A stretch of DNA of 64,000 nt from assembly GCF_964204645.1 (NCBI RefSeq), contig NC_134030.1, positions 22,466,210 through 22,530,209 of the forward strand, in the 5' to 3' direction. Positions 1-13,149 of this stretch are shown in pieces (position 1 is the first letter of the stretch; every line of letters begins with the position of its first letter). The notes under the pieces were generated by a model that had not been told where the DNA came from, did not search any database, and saw only the letters and a list, made by a program, of their open reading frames with translations. The DNA is from Tubulanus polymorphus. Taxonomy: Eukaryota; Animalia; Nemertea. The translations under genes and the position numbers were made by a program.

Positions 1-244
1 GATAACAGTAATGAACGACATTCATTGAGAATTTATGATATAAACACTGTTCCTGCTCATAGGCAATAAGGAGGGCCTGTCCAGGGGCAGACTTTGACAG
101 GAGCAAAAAATGAAAAGGGCATATTATATACTGAATAGGGCAAGCTAAGTATCCACGCAGCCCAAAAAAGGGTCTAGAAAATCCGAAATTTCAGCACAAT
201 TTCATGCAATTTTTAGGCACTTGAGGGACATAAGAGAAACCTCA

Positions 245-568
245 AGGCACATTTGTTTGAAATCTGTTTTCACAAACCATTTCAGTTAGTAGGAAAATCG
301 TCTTTGTTTATACCAGTTTACAAACCGGTTTTGCATAAACCGACGTCTTTATTCAGCCGTAAACGGTTTGCGCAAACCGACTAAAACGTTCACGGAGCAA
401 CATCAAACCGACTTTTCCAAGATGGCGGAATAAGGAAATTTTCGATGTCAGCTGACTTAAATTGACTTTTCGTTCAGTCCCAATTGTTCACAGTACGGCA
501 AACCGATTTATGACGCAATAAACCGATTTAAACCGGTTTATACAAACCGATTTCAAACAAATGCGCCT
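245..568. mobile_element. MITE, PIF/Harbinger-like (family A)
   Basis: TIRs aggcacatttgtttgaaatc / gatttcaaacaaatgcgcct with internal aaaccg subrepeats; near-identical copy at 10912-11236. Confidence 0.8.
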
Positions 569-1463
569 CCGACTCTACTTGTTTAACGGTGTGTTGTGCG
601 CAAGACGCTTTGTTTTCTACCCGGTTGCGAAGATCCTCAGTACTAAACGTCACCGTGCTTCTGCGTTACATATTTTAAACGTATAATACTAAAATAGTTT
701 CCATTACACTCATCGCTATAAGACAACCGTTAATTGTCGTTATACAGAATTGTTTTATTTTTCATACCGAACAAAATGAGAAAATATTTTTCAAGATAAT
801 GTTAGATTTAAACGTTAGAAATACGCAAATTTTGAGAAAACTCAACAGCGCTTTCAATCCGAACCATGTCTTTATTGTCAGATGTACACATGGAGTAGCT
901 GGCTACAAGGGTAGGACTGTCTAATTTCAGTATGACTTTCCCTACGCCTCTCTTGGACCAGGTCTGCACTTCCCTGTCGAGTACCGACACATAGTTTCAG
1001 TCTGGTGCAGTGATGAGTTTGGTAGAAAAAAACTCCGTGTATTTTCAAGGTTCAAATCAAACTGAATTTGGATTAAAAACGCAGATGAAATTAGTTCAAT
1101 CCTCGTTCGGGTACCGGCACACACTTGATGGCGTAAAAATACACCGGGTCATCCGTACTGGAAATTGGTTCATTTTCAATGAGATTCTAACTGGATCTTT
1201 AGACGTCCAAATCCGAAAAAAGATGCACTTTCACACTCAGTGATTATAGATTTCACTGAAAATCTATTTACTATTTGGAAAAGTTGAATTCGAATTTAAG
1301 TGAAATGTAGAAGTGAGACTGAAGCTTGATAACCCAGTAACTATTAGGGATACCTGGTAGATCCTCGCATAATACTCACAATGCCACACAATAGTGGTGC
1401 CGGTAACCTAATTGAGTAAAGAGTTGATGAAAAGAATTAGGTGACGTTTATGTCGTCTCGCGT

Positions 1464-3024
<1,561 letters not shown>

Positions 3025-5830
3025 ATTCAAGTCAATATTTTCCTTTATCTATAACTGATAACAAACACGAATAGATAGAACAGTTTTAGCTTTTGAATAA
3101 ATTTCGCTGTTTTAATTGCTAAAAAATCTAACAGAATGTTCGTCGTCGAAAAGGAACTGCTTCCAGTGGTTACTGGGAATTATAGGGCTACCGCGAGTAG
3201 CGCATGCGCGTGAAATGTTCAGCGAGTTCTGAATCATTCAAGGATCTAAGGAAAGCGTGAAAAAAAGATACGCGTGAATTATCAAAGTATTTTGTACATT
3301 TCTGTCAGGTTGCTACAAACAATCCTCGAAAATGAATATTTACCTGTCTCCAGCGTCCTTAGGGAACTCGATGAAAACTGAACTGTCATCGATATTTCAT
3401 CGAATTTAGAATTAATGTAGATTTTATTTGTTAAATAGACTTTTGCAATTGGCGTATAATCGAAAGGCCATATTGTTTCAAAGTCGATTGAAAATTGAGT
3501 GAAGAATCAGAGGTATATTTACTTTACATTTGTAAAAATAATTCAAGATAGAAAACTGTGAGTAAAAGCTATTAACTTTCAAAACAGTTTGTTTAAAAAT
3601 CGTGTATGTTCCCGGTGTTATTTTACTTACGGTTTCTGGCAGCGAATTCCACGATTTGTTAAATGATTATTTTACCGGAATTATATATATGCGTGGTATC
3701 GATTTTGCTTGAAAACATGTGCACCAAAAGCAAACACGAAAAATGCTTTACTGTCGCTTAATTTTGAAAAATATCCCTGAGAGCGGCTAGGTGATCAATA
3801 GCTTTAAGCTATTTACTTCATCAGGCTCAATATATATTACTTAATTTTCTATTTAAATGCGTATCTTTTTGAATGGTCTTTTATGATTTAATCGTTGATA
3901 AAGAACAATAACAGAGGTTTTAAATAGACTATAATTTTATTTGGAGGAATCATTCAATTATTAAACGTGTCAATCTGCTTTCTGGGGCGAGATGTTCCAT
4001 TCTTCCCATTTTTCCAACCTCGATACTCCATATACTTCACGTGCGTTCGGGACTACATCTTTAGACATTTTCAATTGGCCCTTCCGAGCTCCCATCAGGG
4101 CCGTAGCTAGCGTTTGAATTTTATGGGGGCAGAGAAACCCGAAAAAGGACTGTTATATAGGATATTGTTTTATAACAATAGTATTTGCAAAAATGGCACT
4201 TTTCCAAAATGTGTAGGGGGACACCACTGCCCCCTGTTTAATACGACCCTAATATATGTAAGGAGTTGTACTATTGCCCTTCTCGGGTCCCATAAACGTG
4301 GTCTTGAGAAATTATCGTATGTTCAGTTCTTATTCCTCACAGGTTTTCTGTTTGAAACATTATAAGAATAAACACCAGACTTCAAGTGTTTCACCCGAGA
4401 CATTCTTAACTGAAAAGAGCGTACACGCGTACACAAACACCAGACAATATCATTTCAGCGATTAAACGTCCACAAATTCATAACGGAAGTTTAAGAGTCT
4501 ACGGATTGTTAGGTTACACTATGTTACAGATGGTTACACTCGGTGGTTAAAGACTGCATTTAATAAAATTATATTTCAAATGGAAAATTATTGAATAATA
4601 TCATATGATATGTCTGGTATCGATTATGCGTGAAAATACATGTCCTGGAAGCAAACATGGGTGAAGCTTTGTAAGGTACTTGATCTGAGCAAATACTAAT
4701 GGGCAGCGGTTGTCTCCAGTTTTAATCGATAATAACGAGAGAAATCCCACTTTAAATTCAGCCAAAACATTTAAAAGTTCTATGGTAAAATGGTATATTA
4801 CGAGCAACGTTTCGGCTTAATACTATAAGCCATCATTGTGCGTACTGTGGAAGGTACGTGCGTTATAAGTATAAAAGAAAGTGATGAAGAAGTATTTCTA
4901 TCGGTAAATTATGTCTCCTTAGTAGTATATAGGCTGTGATAAGTTTAAGACATAATGATCAGGGGTTTATAGATCACCCGCGTATAGTACTGGACTCTAC
5001 ACACATTAAGACATGGGAGATGCATCAAGTGTGTGACAGCAGCGCTGTAGCTATCCGCCCCTGGGATAACAATAATGAACACCACACACGATTTCAAACA
5101 AATGAACCTCTGAACTCTACTTGTGTAACGGTGTGTTGTGCGCAAGACGCTTAGTTTTCTACCTGGCTGCGAAGATCCTCAGTACTAAACGTCACCGTGC
5201 TTCTACCTTACATATTTTAAGCGTAAACATTAAAATAGTTTCCATTAAACTCATCGCTATACGACGACAGTAAATTGTCGTTATACAGAATAGTTTTACT
5301 TTTCATACCGAACAAAATGAGAAAATATTGTAGTGGAGATAATATTAGAATTTAACGATACACAAATTTTGAGAAAACTCAACAGCGCTTTCAATCCAAA
5401 CCATGTCTTTATTGTCAGATGTACACATGGAGTAGCTGGCGACAAGGGTAGGACTGTCTAATCTCAGTATGACTTCCCCCACGCCTCTTTGGATCAGGTC
5501 TGCACTTCCCTGTCGAGTACCGACACATGGTTTGAGTCTGGTGCGGTGGTAAGTTTTGTAACAAAAACACCTTGTATTTTCAAGTTTCAAATCTAACTGA
5601 ATTTGGATTAAAAACGCTGAAGATTTATATATATAAGATAGACTGGTTGCTGCTGAGTCTATATGTTTGCCCAAGAAATCGTGGGCGATGTAATAGACCA
5701 ATGAATGGTTTGCAGCAAGGGTTTGTGTTGGCGCGAGCTTCAGTGGGCGGCAATCAAACCCCGGCAAGTGAGGATGAATAGGTGAAGAGTTGATGAAAAG
5801 AATATTAGTGGCGTTTATGTCATCCGGCGT

Positions 5831-7403
5831 TTATTTCTGTCGACAGGGCTTCGAACAAATAGCTGTCAAAAAAAGCGCGCATGAAACATCGTTCCACAGA
5901 CCACTACTTCGATACAATTCAACGCAAGGTTCATAAGAAGTGCCCATCAGATAACCATTTCCATTCGGTTCTCCATTGTTCCATCGCATAAAACCCTGCA
6001 GCAATATGAATGAAAAAAATATAAATAACGTTTTCGCTGCGTATGGTGAGCTCAGCCCGCCATAAATATTTGATGTGCGCAAAACGAGCTCAGCTCGTCG
6101 ATATAGTATTGTACGTATATACATTGTACAACGTTATAACTCATGTACGCGCATACCAGACGACTACTGCTAGTCCTGATTTTTCTGAAAGATGAAAAAG
6201 TGTCAGCTGCCGATGCACAAAACCTTATATCCATTGTTTATACATGTGAAGGACCCGCTTGGATAACCACAGAACTATAATCTTATAATTCTATAGTGTA
6301 ACCACCGGTCAAACGAATTTGAATTGAATTGGTAAATAGGACTAGTTCTATTGGTCTACTGGTTAGCACGCATGCTGTGTACGGGACCCGGGTTCGATCC
6401 CCGGTGAGTGCGCGTAATTTCACTATCAATCGTTACATCTATTCACGGGAATATTCCTACATACCGAAGGGAAGGTGAATGGTCTTCTAAAACCAAGCCA
6501 AACACTTTTGACGTTAGAAGGTATCAGACCTGAAATGATGACAGTATTGTGTTAGTTAAACTTCTATCACCCTCCCCTCTTCTGTAAAACACAGCATCAT
6601 TCAAACATAACGTATAATTACTTTGAGCTATACGATTCTCCTCCATGCTTTCGATTCTGGCTATTTGTGTAGAACGACAATGGTGGTATGCGTGCTTCCA
6701 TCCCGGAGAAAACTTGAAGCACTTGTTGTTTCCAGCTTTTGTCCAACCAGCATCACAACACGGTATTGTAACACACGCCGAATAAACTACATCACAATGC
6801 CAACAAAGATTAGCAACCTGACTTGTTAACCTGAGGGGCCGGTTCCGGTCATGGCTTAGACTTAAGACTAGTCTAGGACTATTTTAGTTATATAGCTAAT
6901 CTAACAGCTTAAGACCAGTCGTAAGATTTAAGACCACTTTTGGACTTATGTCTCGACTATGGAACCGGCCCCTGGGGTCACTTGCCTACTGTGCTTAGTT
7001 TGGTCAGAGCCTAACCCTTGGTTGACCATTATTTGCCCTTTGATCCATTCAATCCTTTATATCATTTTTCGTCATCCCTTTTGATATATAACACATATAC
7101 AACACAATAAGGCCTACCCCTAGTTTACTTTTCGTCTTTTGATTGGTTTAGTTGCGTAAAGTTTTTATTTTGTAAACTGCCCCTAATTCGTACCACATCT
7201 TATATCTTCATTAGTCTGTTTATTCAAAATTATTCAGAATAATTTTGTGACGACGATAGTACGCCAGCAGGTGTATTCGGTGCACGATAATATCCCCAAA
7301 AGGCTGCCTGATAGCTATATTTATGAATGTGGACATTGATATTGATATATTTACCTGTCGCTGTAGAACAGACCAGTAACAGAGTCGATAACATCAGTTT
7401 CAT
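5831..7403 (-). CDS. Secreted single-domain C-type lectin, copy 2 (147 aa, EPN/WND)
   Basis: Exons 7355-7403, 6622-6786 (shifted acceptor), 6465-6529, 5831-5995. Product MKLMLSTLLLVCSTATVYSACVTIPCCDAGWTKAGNNKCFKFSPGWKHAYHHCRSTQIARIESMEENRIAQSLIPSNVKSVWLGFRRPFTFPSGFMRWNNGEPNGNGYLMGTSYEPCVELYRSSGLWNDVSCALFLTAICSKPCRQK. Confidence 0.88.
6345..6410 (+). pseudogene. tRNA-derived remnant in lectin 2 intron 3
   Basis: Paralogous copy of 1932-1998 with the same A and B boxes. Confidence 0.6.
6834..6971. mobile_element. MITE (family B, gggccggttcc TIR) in lectin 2 intron 1
   Basis: TIRs gggccggttcc / ggaaccggccc with CTG on both sides; the empty site acctggg is seen in copies 1 and 3. Relatives at ~19132-19264, ~21370-21490, ~35560-35657 and ~55738-55890. 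Confidence 0.85.
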
Positions 7404-9695
7404 ATTCAAGTCAATATTTTCCTTTATCTATAACTGATAACACACACGAATAGACAAAACAGTTTTAGCTTTTGTATAAATTTCGCTGTTTTAATTGCTA
7501 AAAAAATCTAACAGAATGTTCGTCGTCGTAAAGGAACTGCTTCCAGTGGTTACTGGGAATTATAGGGCTAACGCGAGTAGCGCATGCGCGTGAAATGTTC
7601 AGCGAGTTGTGAATCATTCAGGGATCTAAAGAAAGAGCCAATGGGGCATAATCTAACTATGGACTTCTTTGACTGTATCCAACACTAGATATAATCACCA
7701 GAATAACAAACGAGTTTTCTGCAAAATAATAGAAGATAATAATAGAAAATGCAGAAAATAATAGAAAACCTTAATGATATCGATTATTATGCAAATCAAA
7801 GGGGTTTTCTAATCACATTCACCTAAGGATCCTAGAATCTGTAATTGGAATGTATTCATTCATAGTTGGTAACGGTATATCAAAAACAAAACTTAATTGA
7901 AAAACATTCTTTGCCTTAAAGATAACACATTGCTTACTATTATCGACAGTAAATGAATTATATAATATTAAGGATCAAAGTTGTTTTGCATTCGAATATC
8001 GATAATTGAATTTAATTGAGTCACCGACAAAAAAATGATACGCGTGAATTATCAAAGCATGTTGTATATTTCTGTCAGGTTGCTAAAGAAAAATCCTCGT
8101 AAATGAATATTCATCACCTGTCTCCAGCGTCCTTGGGGAACTCGATGAAAACTGAACTGTCATCGATATTTCATCGAATTTAGAATCGTAGATTTTCTTT
8201 GTAAAATACACTTTCCCAATTGGCGAATACTTTGAATAATCGAAACTACTCAAGGAATTCAAACGCCATAAATTTAGATATAAAAACTGTGATGTGCCTT
8301 GTAGGCCAAATCTTGACCGGTCGGTTTAAGGTTTTGTTTTCTATGTGTATGTGGCTTGTAATTATATGTAAATGAACCGAGTTTCGCAATAAAATTAATG
8401 ATAATAATAACAAAATATTTTCTTTTCACTTGTTAAAATAATAATATGATATCGATAGAAAACTGTTGATTAAAGCTATTAACTTTCAAAACATTTTGTT
8501 TAAAAATCGTGTATGTTCCCGGTGTTATTTTACTTACGGTTTCTGGCAGCGAATTTCACGATATGTTAAATGATTATTTTACCGGAATTATATATAGGCG
8601 TGGTATCGATTTTGCTTTAAAACATGTGCATCAAAAGCAAACACGAACAATGCTTTACTGTCGCTTGATTATGAAAAGTATAATATCTCAAACAAAGGGG
8701 GCTAGATGACCAAAACTTTAAGCGATTTACTTCATTAGGCTCAATTGATATTATCATATATATTTTCTAATTGAATGCGTATCTTTTTGTATGATCTTTC
8801 ATAATTTAATTGAATTATAAGGGGGTAGAGAAACCCGAAAAGGCGAGTTATATAGGATGGATTTTCAAAAAGGGCACCACTAAAATTTGTATGGGGACAA
8901 CATGCCCTCTTGCCCCCCTATGTAAGGAGTTGTATCATTGCCCTTTCCGGCTCCCATATCCGCGGCCTTGAGGAATAACCGTAGGTTAGTTTCTATTCCT
9001 CACAGATTTTCTGTTTGAAACATTATAGGAATAAACGCCAGACTTCAAGTGTTTTACCCGAGACATTCTTAAGTGAAAATGAGCGTAAACGTGAATATAC
9101 AATCATTACCGGACAATATCATCGGTCAGCATTCCGTCAGAGATTAATCGTCCAACAAATTCATAACGGAAGTTTGAGAGTCTACGGATTGTTAGGTTAC
9201 ACTATGTTACAGATGGTAGTTATAGCCTATATTGTCTATATAATCATAATTCAAATGGAAGATTATTGAAGATTATCATATGATATGTCTGGTATCGATT
9301 ATGCATGAACACATGCGTCCTGAGAGCAAACATGGGTGAATAAGCTTTGTAAGGTACTTACTTTGTTCGAGCAAATACTATGTATGAGTTTGCCGTTGTA
9401 TCAAGTTTTAATCAATGTTAACGAGAGATATTCCACTATGTATTCAGTCAAATAGTTCTATGGTAAAATCATATGTTTCGAGCAACGTTTCGGCTAAATA
9501 TTATTGGCCATCATTAGGCGTACCGTGGGAGGCCCGTGTGTTATAAGTGATAAGCAAGCATTGCTATTGGTAAATTCTGGTCACCCTGATTGCAGAGGAG
9601 CTGTGATTAGTGATAAGATAAAAACCCACTATCTAAAAATTAAAAAGAAATCTAAAATCGAGAATATGTTTATTGAAACAATCTAAAACATAAGA

Positions 9696-9737
9696 ACACG
9701 ACGTTTCGATCTCACACTAGAGATCATCGTCAGGTGT
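9696..9737 (-). ncRNA. Minimal type I hammerhead ribozyme motif
   Basis: Minus strand ACAC-CUGACGA-U-GAUCUC-UAGUGU-GAGAUC-GAAA-CGUC-GUGU: intact core, 6-bp stem II, 4-bp stem I, palindromic ACGU helix III. It sits in a ~160-bp insertion found only in unit 2 (~9612-9770). Confidence 0.68.
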
Positions 9738-10911
9738 GAGATATTGACTAAAAACAGGGGTATATACAGAGGAGATTAGTGATTAGTATCTGGTATAATG
9801 ATCAGGGGTTTATAGATCACCCGCGTATAGTACTGGACTTTACAGACATTTAGACATGGGAGATGCATCAAGTGTGTGACAGCAACACTGTAGCTATCCG
9901 TCACTGGGATAACAGTAATGAACAGAACACATTGAGAGTTTATGATATAAACACTATACCCGCTCTTAGGCAATAATACTAGCCAGTTTTTAGGATTGAA
10001 ATATTGAGACATTGTAACCGGTAAAAGCCAAAGGGACTTGTCCCATTGATTGTGAATGAATAAAAACAGTATTAATGACCAATCCCAGTATCCCTGTATA
10101 ATAAAATACAAGGGTGGCAACTAATCGTCTATCTGAAAATGACCTTTCCACTTCAATCGACTGTAATTCCAAAAATCTCAACCGATTCACATGAAATAAG
10201 CTTTAATACAAACAAGGAGACTTTCTGCTTCCAACGAGCCTATAACCATTACTCTACGAAAAATATCTCACAACGAAATCGGCGTTTATTTATGGGAGAT
10301 AGCTCAAAATGGAGGCGTACTGCCATCAGGTAGTGGCGACGCCTGGACGAACATGTTTTGGGAAAATGGTGAATGTCTGTTGAATGTCTGAGGGATATTT
10401 ACAGACAACAGGTTAATTGCTGCTTTAGTAACAGTGGAAGTCTCCTGACCGCTCGGAACAATTGCACTGACGGTGATGACTGCAGTGTCTTCTAGGTTAT
10501 TATTGTCTTGATGAAGGCCGTTGATAACAGTCCAAGCTTCCTGATTACATGGAAGAATTGTCCCGATGGTGACGACTCTTGTGTCTTCTAGTGTCTTGAA
10601 GAAAGCCGTTTTAATATCATAGAACGAGCTAGAATTGATGGTCGTAGCAAAAAGGTGCCTGCAATTTCTACATGGAAATTCGTCCAGTTCGTGTATCTAT
10701 TGGCGCATACGCATCTGGCGCAATGTGCCTTGCCGATAAGTAGACCGATTTCTAAGTCACGCTCAGATAATTCTATATCCGATAGATGAACCCAATCTTG
10801 TGTATTCTTACCGTGAGATGAATAACTTTGTTACCGGGAGACTACCTTTACTAAAGACAAGATTCAACTATATACGTTTTACCGTTTCGCTCAAACCGGA
10901 AGAGAGAACTG

Positions 10912-11236
10912 AGGCACATTTGTTTGAAATCGGTTTGCACAAACCCGTTTCGGTTTGTAGGAAAATCGTCTTTGTTTATACCGGTTTACAAACCGTTTTT
11001 GCATAAACCGACGTCATTATTCAGGCGTAAACGGTTTGCGCAAACCGACTAAACCGTTCACGAAGCAACATCAAACCGACTTTTCCAAGATGGCGGAATA
11101 AGGAAATTTTCGATGTCAGCTGACCTAAATTGACTTTTCGTTCAGTCCCAATTGTTCACAGTACGGCAAACCGATTTATGACGCAATAAACCGATTTAAA
11201 CCGGTTTATACAAACCGATTTCAAACAAATGCACCT
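10912..11236. mobile_element. MITE, PIF/Harbinger-like (family A), CTG target duplication
   Basis: ctg|aggcacatttgtttgaaatcggttt...aaaccgatttcaaacaaatgcacct|ctg. Only a right-TIR remnant survives at ~5090-5109 in the unit 1/2 junction. Confidence 0.82.
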
Positions 11237-11643
11237 CTGAACTCTACTTGTGTAACGGTGTGTTGTGCGCAAGACGCTTTGTTTTCTACCTGGTTGCGAA
11301 GATCCTCAGTACTAAACGTCACCGTGCTTCTGCGTTACATATTTTAAGCGTAAAACCGCAAATTGTCATTTTACAGAATAGTTTTATTTTTCATACCGAA
11401 CAAAATGAGAAAATATTCTTCAAGATAATGTTAGATTTAAACGTTAGAAATACGCAAATTTTGAGTTTTAATATCTAGCCAATCAGATGCCTTTATACCA
11501 GTATGACGTTTGCTCTATAAATACCACGCATCTGATTGACTAGATATAAAGACTGGTTGCTGCTGAGCGGGAATCTGTCCGCCCGAGAAATCGAGTGAAG
11601 AGTTGGTGAAAAGAATATTAGCGACGTTCATGTCGTCCGGCGT

Positions 11644-13149
11644 CTATTTCTGTCCACAGGGCTTCGAACAAATAGCGTACCTCGCAGTCGAGCATGAAAT
11701 ATCGTTCCACAGACCATTACTTCGATACATTTCAACGCAATCTTCATAAGGAGCGCCGCGAATACCATTTCCATTCGGTTCTCCATTGTTCCATCGCGTA
11801 AAACCCTGCAGCAATATGAATGAAAAAGAAATATAACTACGTTTTCGCTGGGTTTGGCGACATCAGCCTGTCATTAATATTTGATGTGCTCAGCTCGTAC
11901 GTATATACATTGTACAACGTTATAACTTATGTACACGTATAGCAGACAACTGCTGCTAGTCCTGATGTTTCTGAACGATAGAGAACTATGAACTTATTAT
12001 TCTATGGTATAACCACTGGTCAATGAATTTGAATTGGTCAATAGGACTAGTTCTATTGGTCTACTGGTTAGCACGCATGCTGTGTACGAGACCCGGGTTC
12101 GATCCCCGGTGATTGCGCGTAATTTCACTATCAATCGTTACATCTATTCACGGGAATACTCCTACATACCGTAGCGAAGTCAAATGGTCTTCTAAAACCA
12201 AGCGAAGCAGTGTGCACGTAAAAAGGTATCAGTCCTGAAATGATGACAGTATTGTGTTAGTTAAACTTCTATCACCTTCCACTCCTCTATAAAACACAGC
12301 ATCATTCAAACATGATATACCGTTCATAGGATAAAAACCCACTATGTTCAAATTAAAAGAATTTTTTAAATCAAGAATTCATTCATTCAAAAAATGTCAA
12401 ATATAAAATCGATTTTAAAAATTCTTTTAATTTGTACATAGTGGGTTTTTATCTTATTATCCGTTCTTCACGTTTGAGTGTGGTTATCGTTCTATGATAT
12501 ATAGTTACTTTGAGCTACATTATTCTCCTCCATGCTTTCGATGCTGGCCACTACTGAACCCCTACAATTATCTTGAGGGGTCGTAAACGAATACATAAAG
12601 ATTAAACATTTGTTGTTTCCAGCTTTTGTCCAACCAACATCACAACACGTATCAGCTGAATAAACGACATCAATGCGAACAAAGATTAGCAACTTGACTT
12701 TTTAACCTGGGGTCACTTGCCTACTGTACTTAGTTGGGTCATAGCCTAACCCTTGGTTGACCATTATTTGCCCTTTGATCCATTAAATCCTTTATTTTGT
12801 TAAATCTTCATCATCTCCTTTCTCATTTGATATATAACTCATATATTACACAATAAGGCCTACGCCTAGTTTACTTTTCGTCTTTTGATTTGTTTAGTTG
12901 CGTAAAGTTTTTATTTTGTAAACTGCCCCTAATTCGTACCATATCTTATATCTTAGTTAGTCTGTTTATTCAAAATTATTCAGAATAATTTTGTGACGAC
13001 GATAGTACGCCAGCAGGTGTATTCGGTGCACGATAATATCCCCAAAAGGCTGCCTGATAGCTATATTTATGAATGTCGACATTTTTATTGATATATTTAC
13101 CTGTCGCTGTAGAACAGACCAGTAACAGTGTCGATAATATTAGTTTCAT
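11644..13149 (-). CDS. Secreted single-domain C-type lectin, copy 3 (140 aa, EPN/WND; WLG changed to SLG)
   Basis: Exons 13101-13149, 12509-12655, 12170-12234, 11644-11805; open frame, canonical splice sites. Product MKLILSTLLLVCSTATADTCCDVGWTKAGNNKCLIFMYSFTTPQDNCRGSVVASIESMEENNVAQRLIPFYVHTASLGFRRPFDFATGFTRWNNGEPNGNGIRGAPYEDCVEMYRSNGLWNDISCSTARYAICSKPCGQK. Confidence 0.88.
12050..12115 (+). pseudogene. tRNA-derived remnant in lectin 3 intron 3
   Basis: Paralogous copy of 1932-1998 with the same A and B boxes. Confidence 0.6.
12330..12453. mobile_element. Inverted-repeat insertion in lectin 3 intron 2
   Basis: ~43-bp arms gataaaaacccactatg... / ...catagtgggtttttatc; absent in copies 1 and 2; the arm matches the start of the hammerhead-bearing insertion at ~9617. 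Confidence 0.65.

Noticed and set aside
3780-5767. Short ORFs in the lectin spacer regions (e.g. 4114-4365, 5345-5767, 14015-14407)
   Set aside because: Paralogous segments in the other units carry frame-breaking indels, and there are no recognisable motifs.
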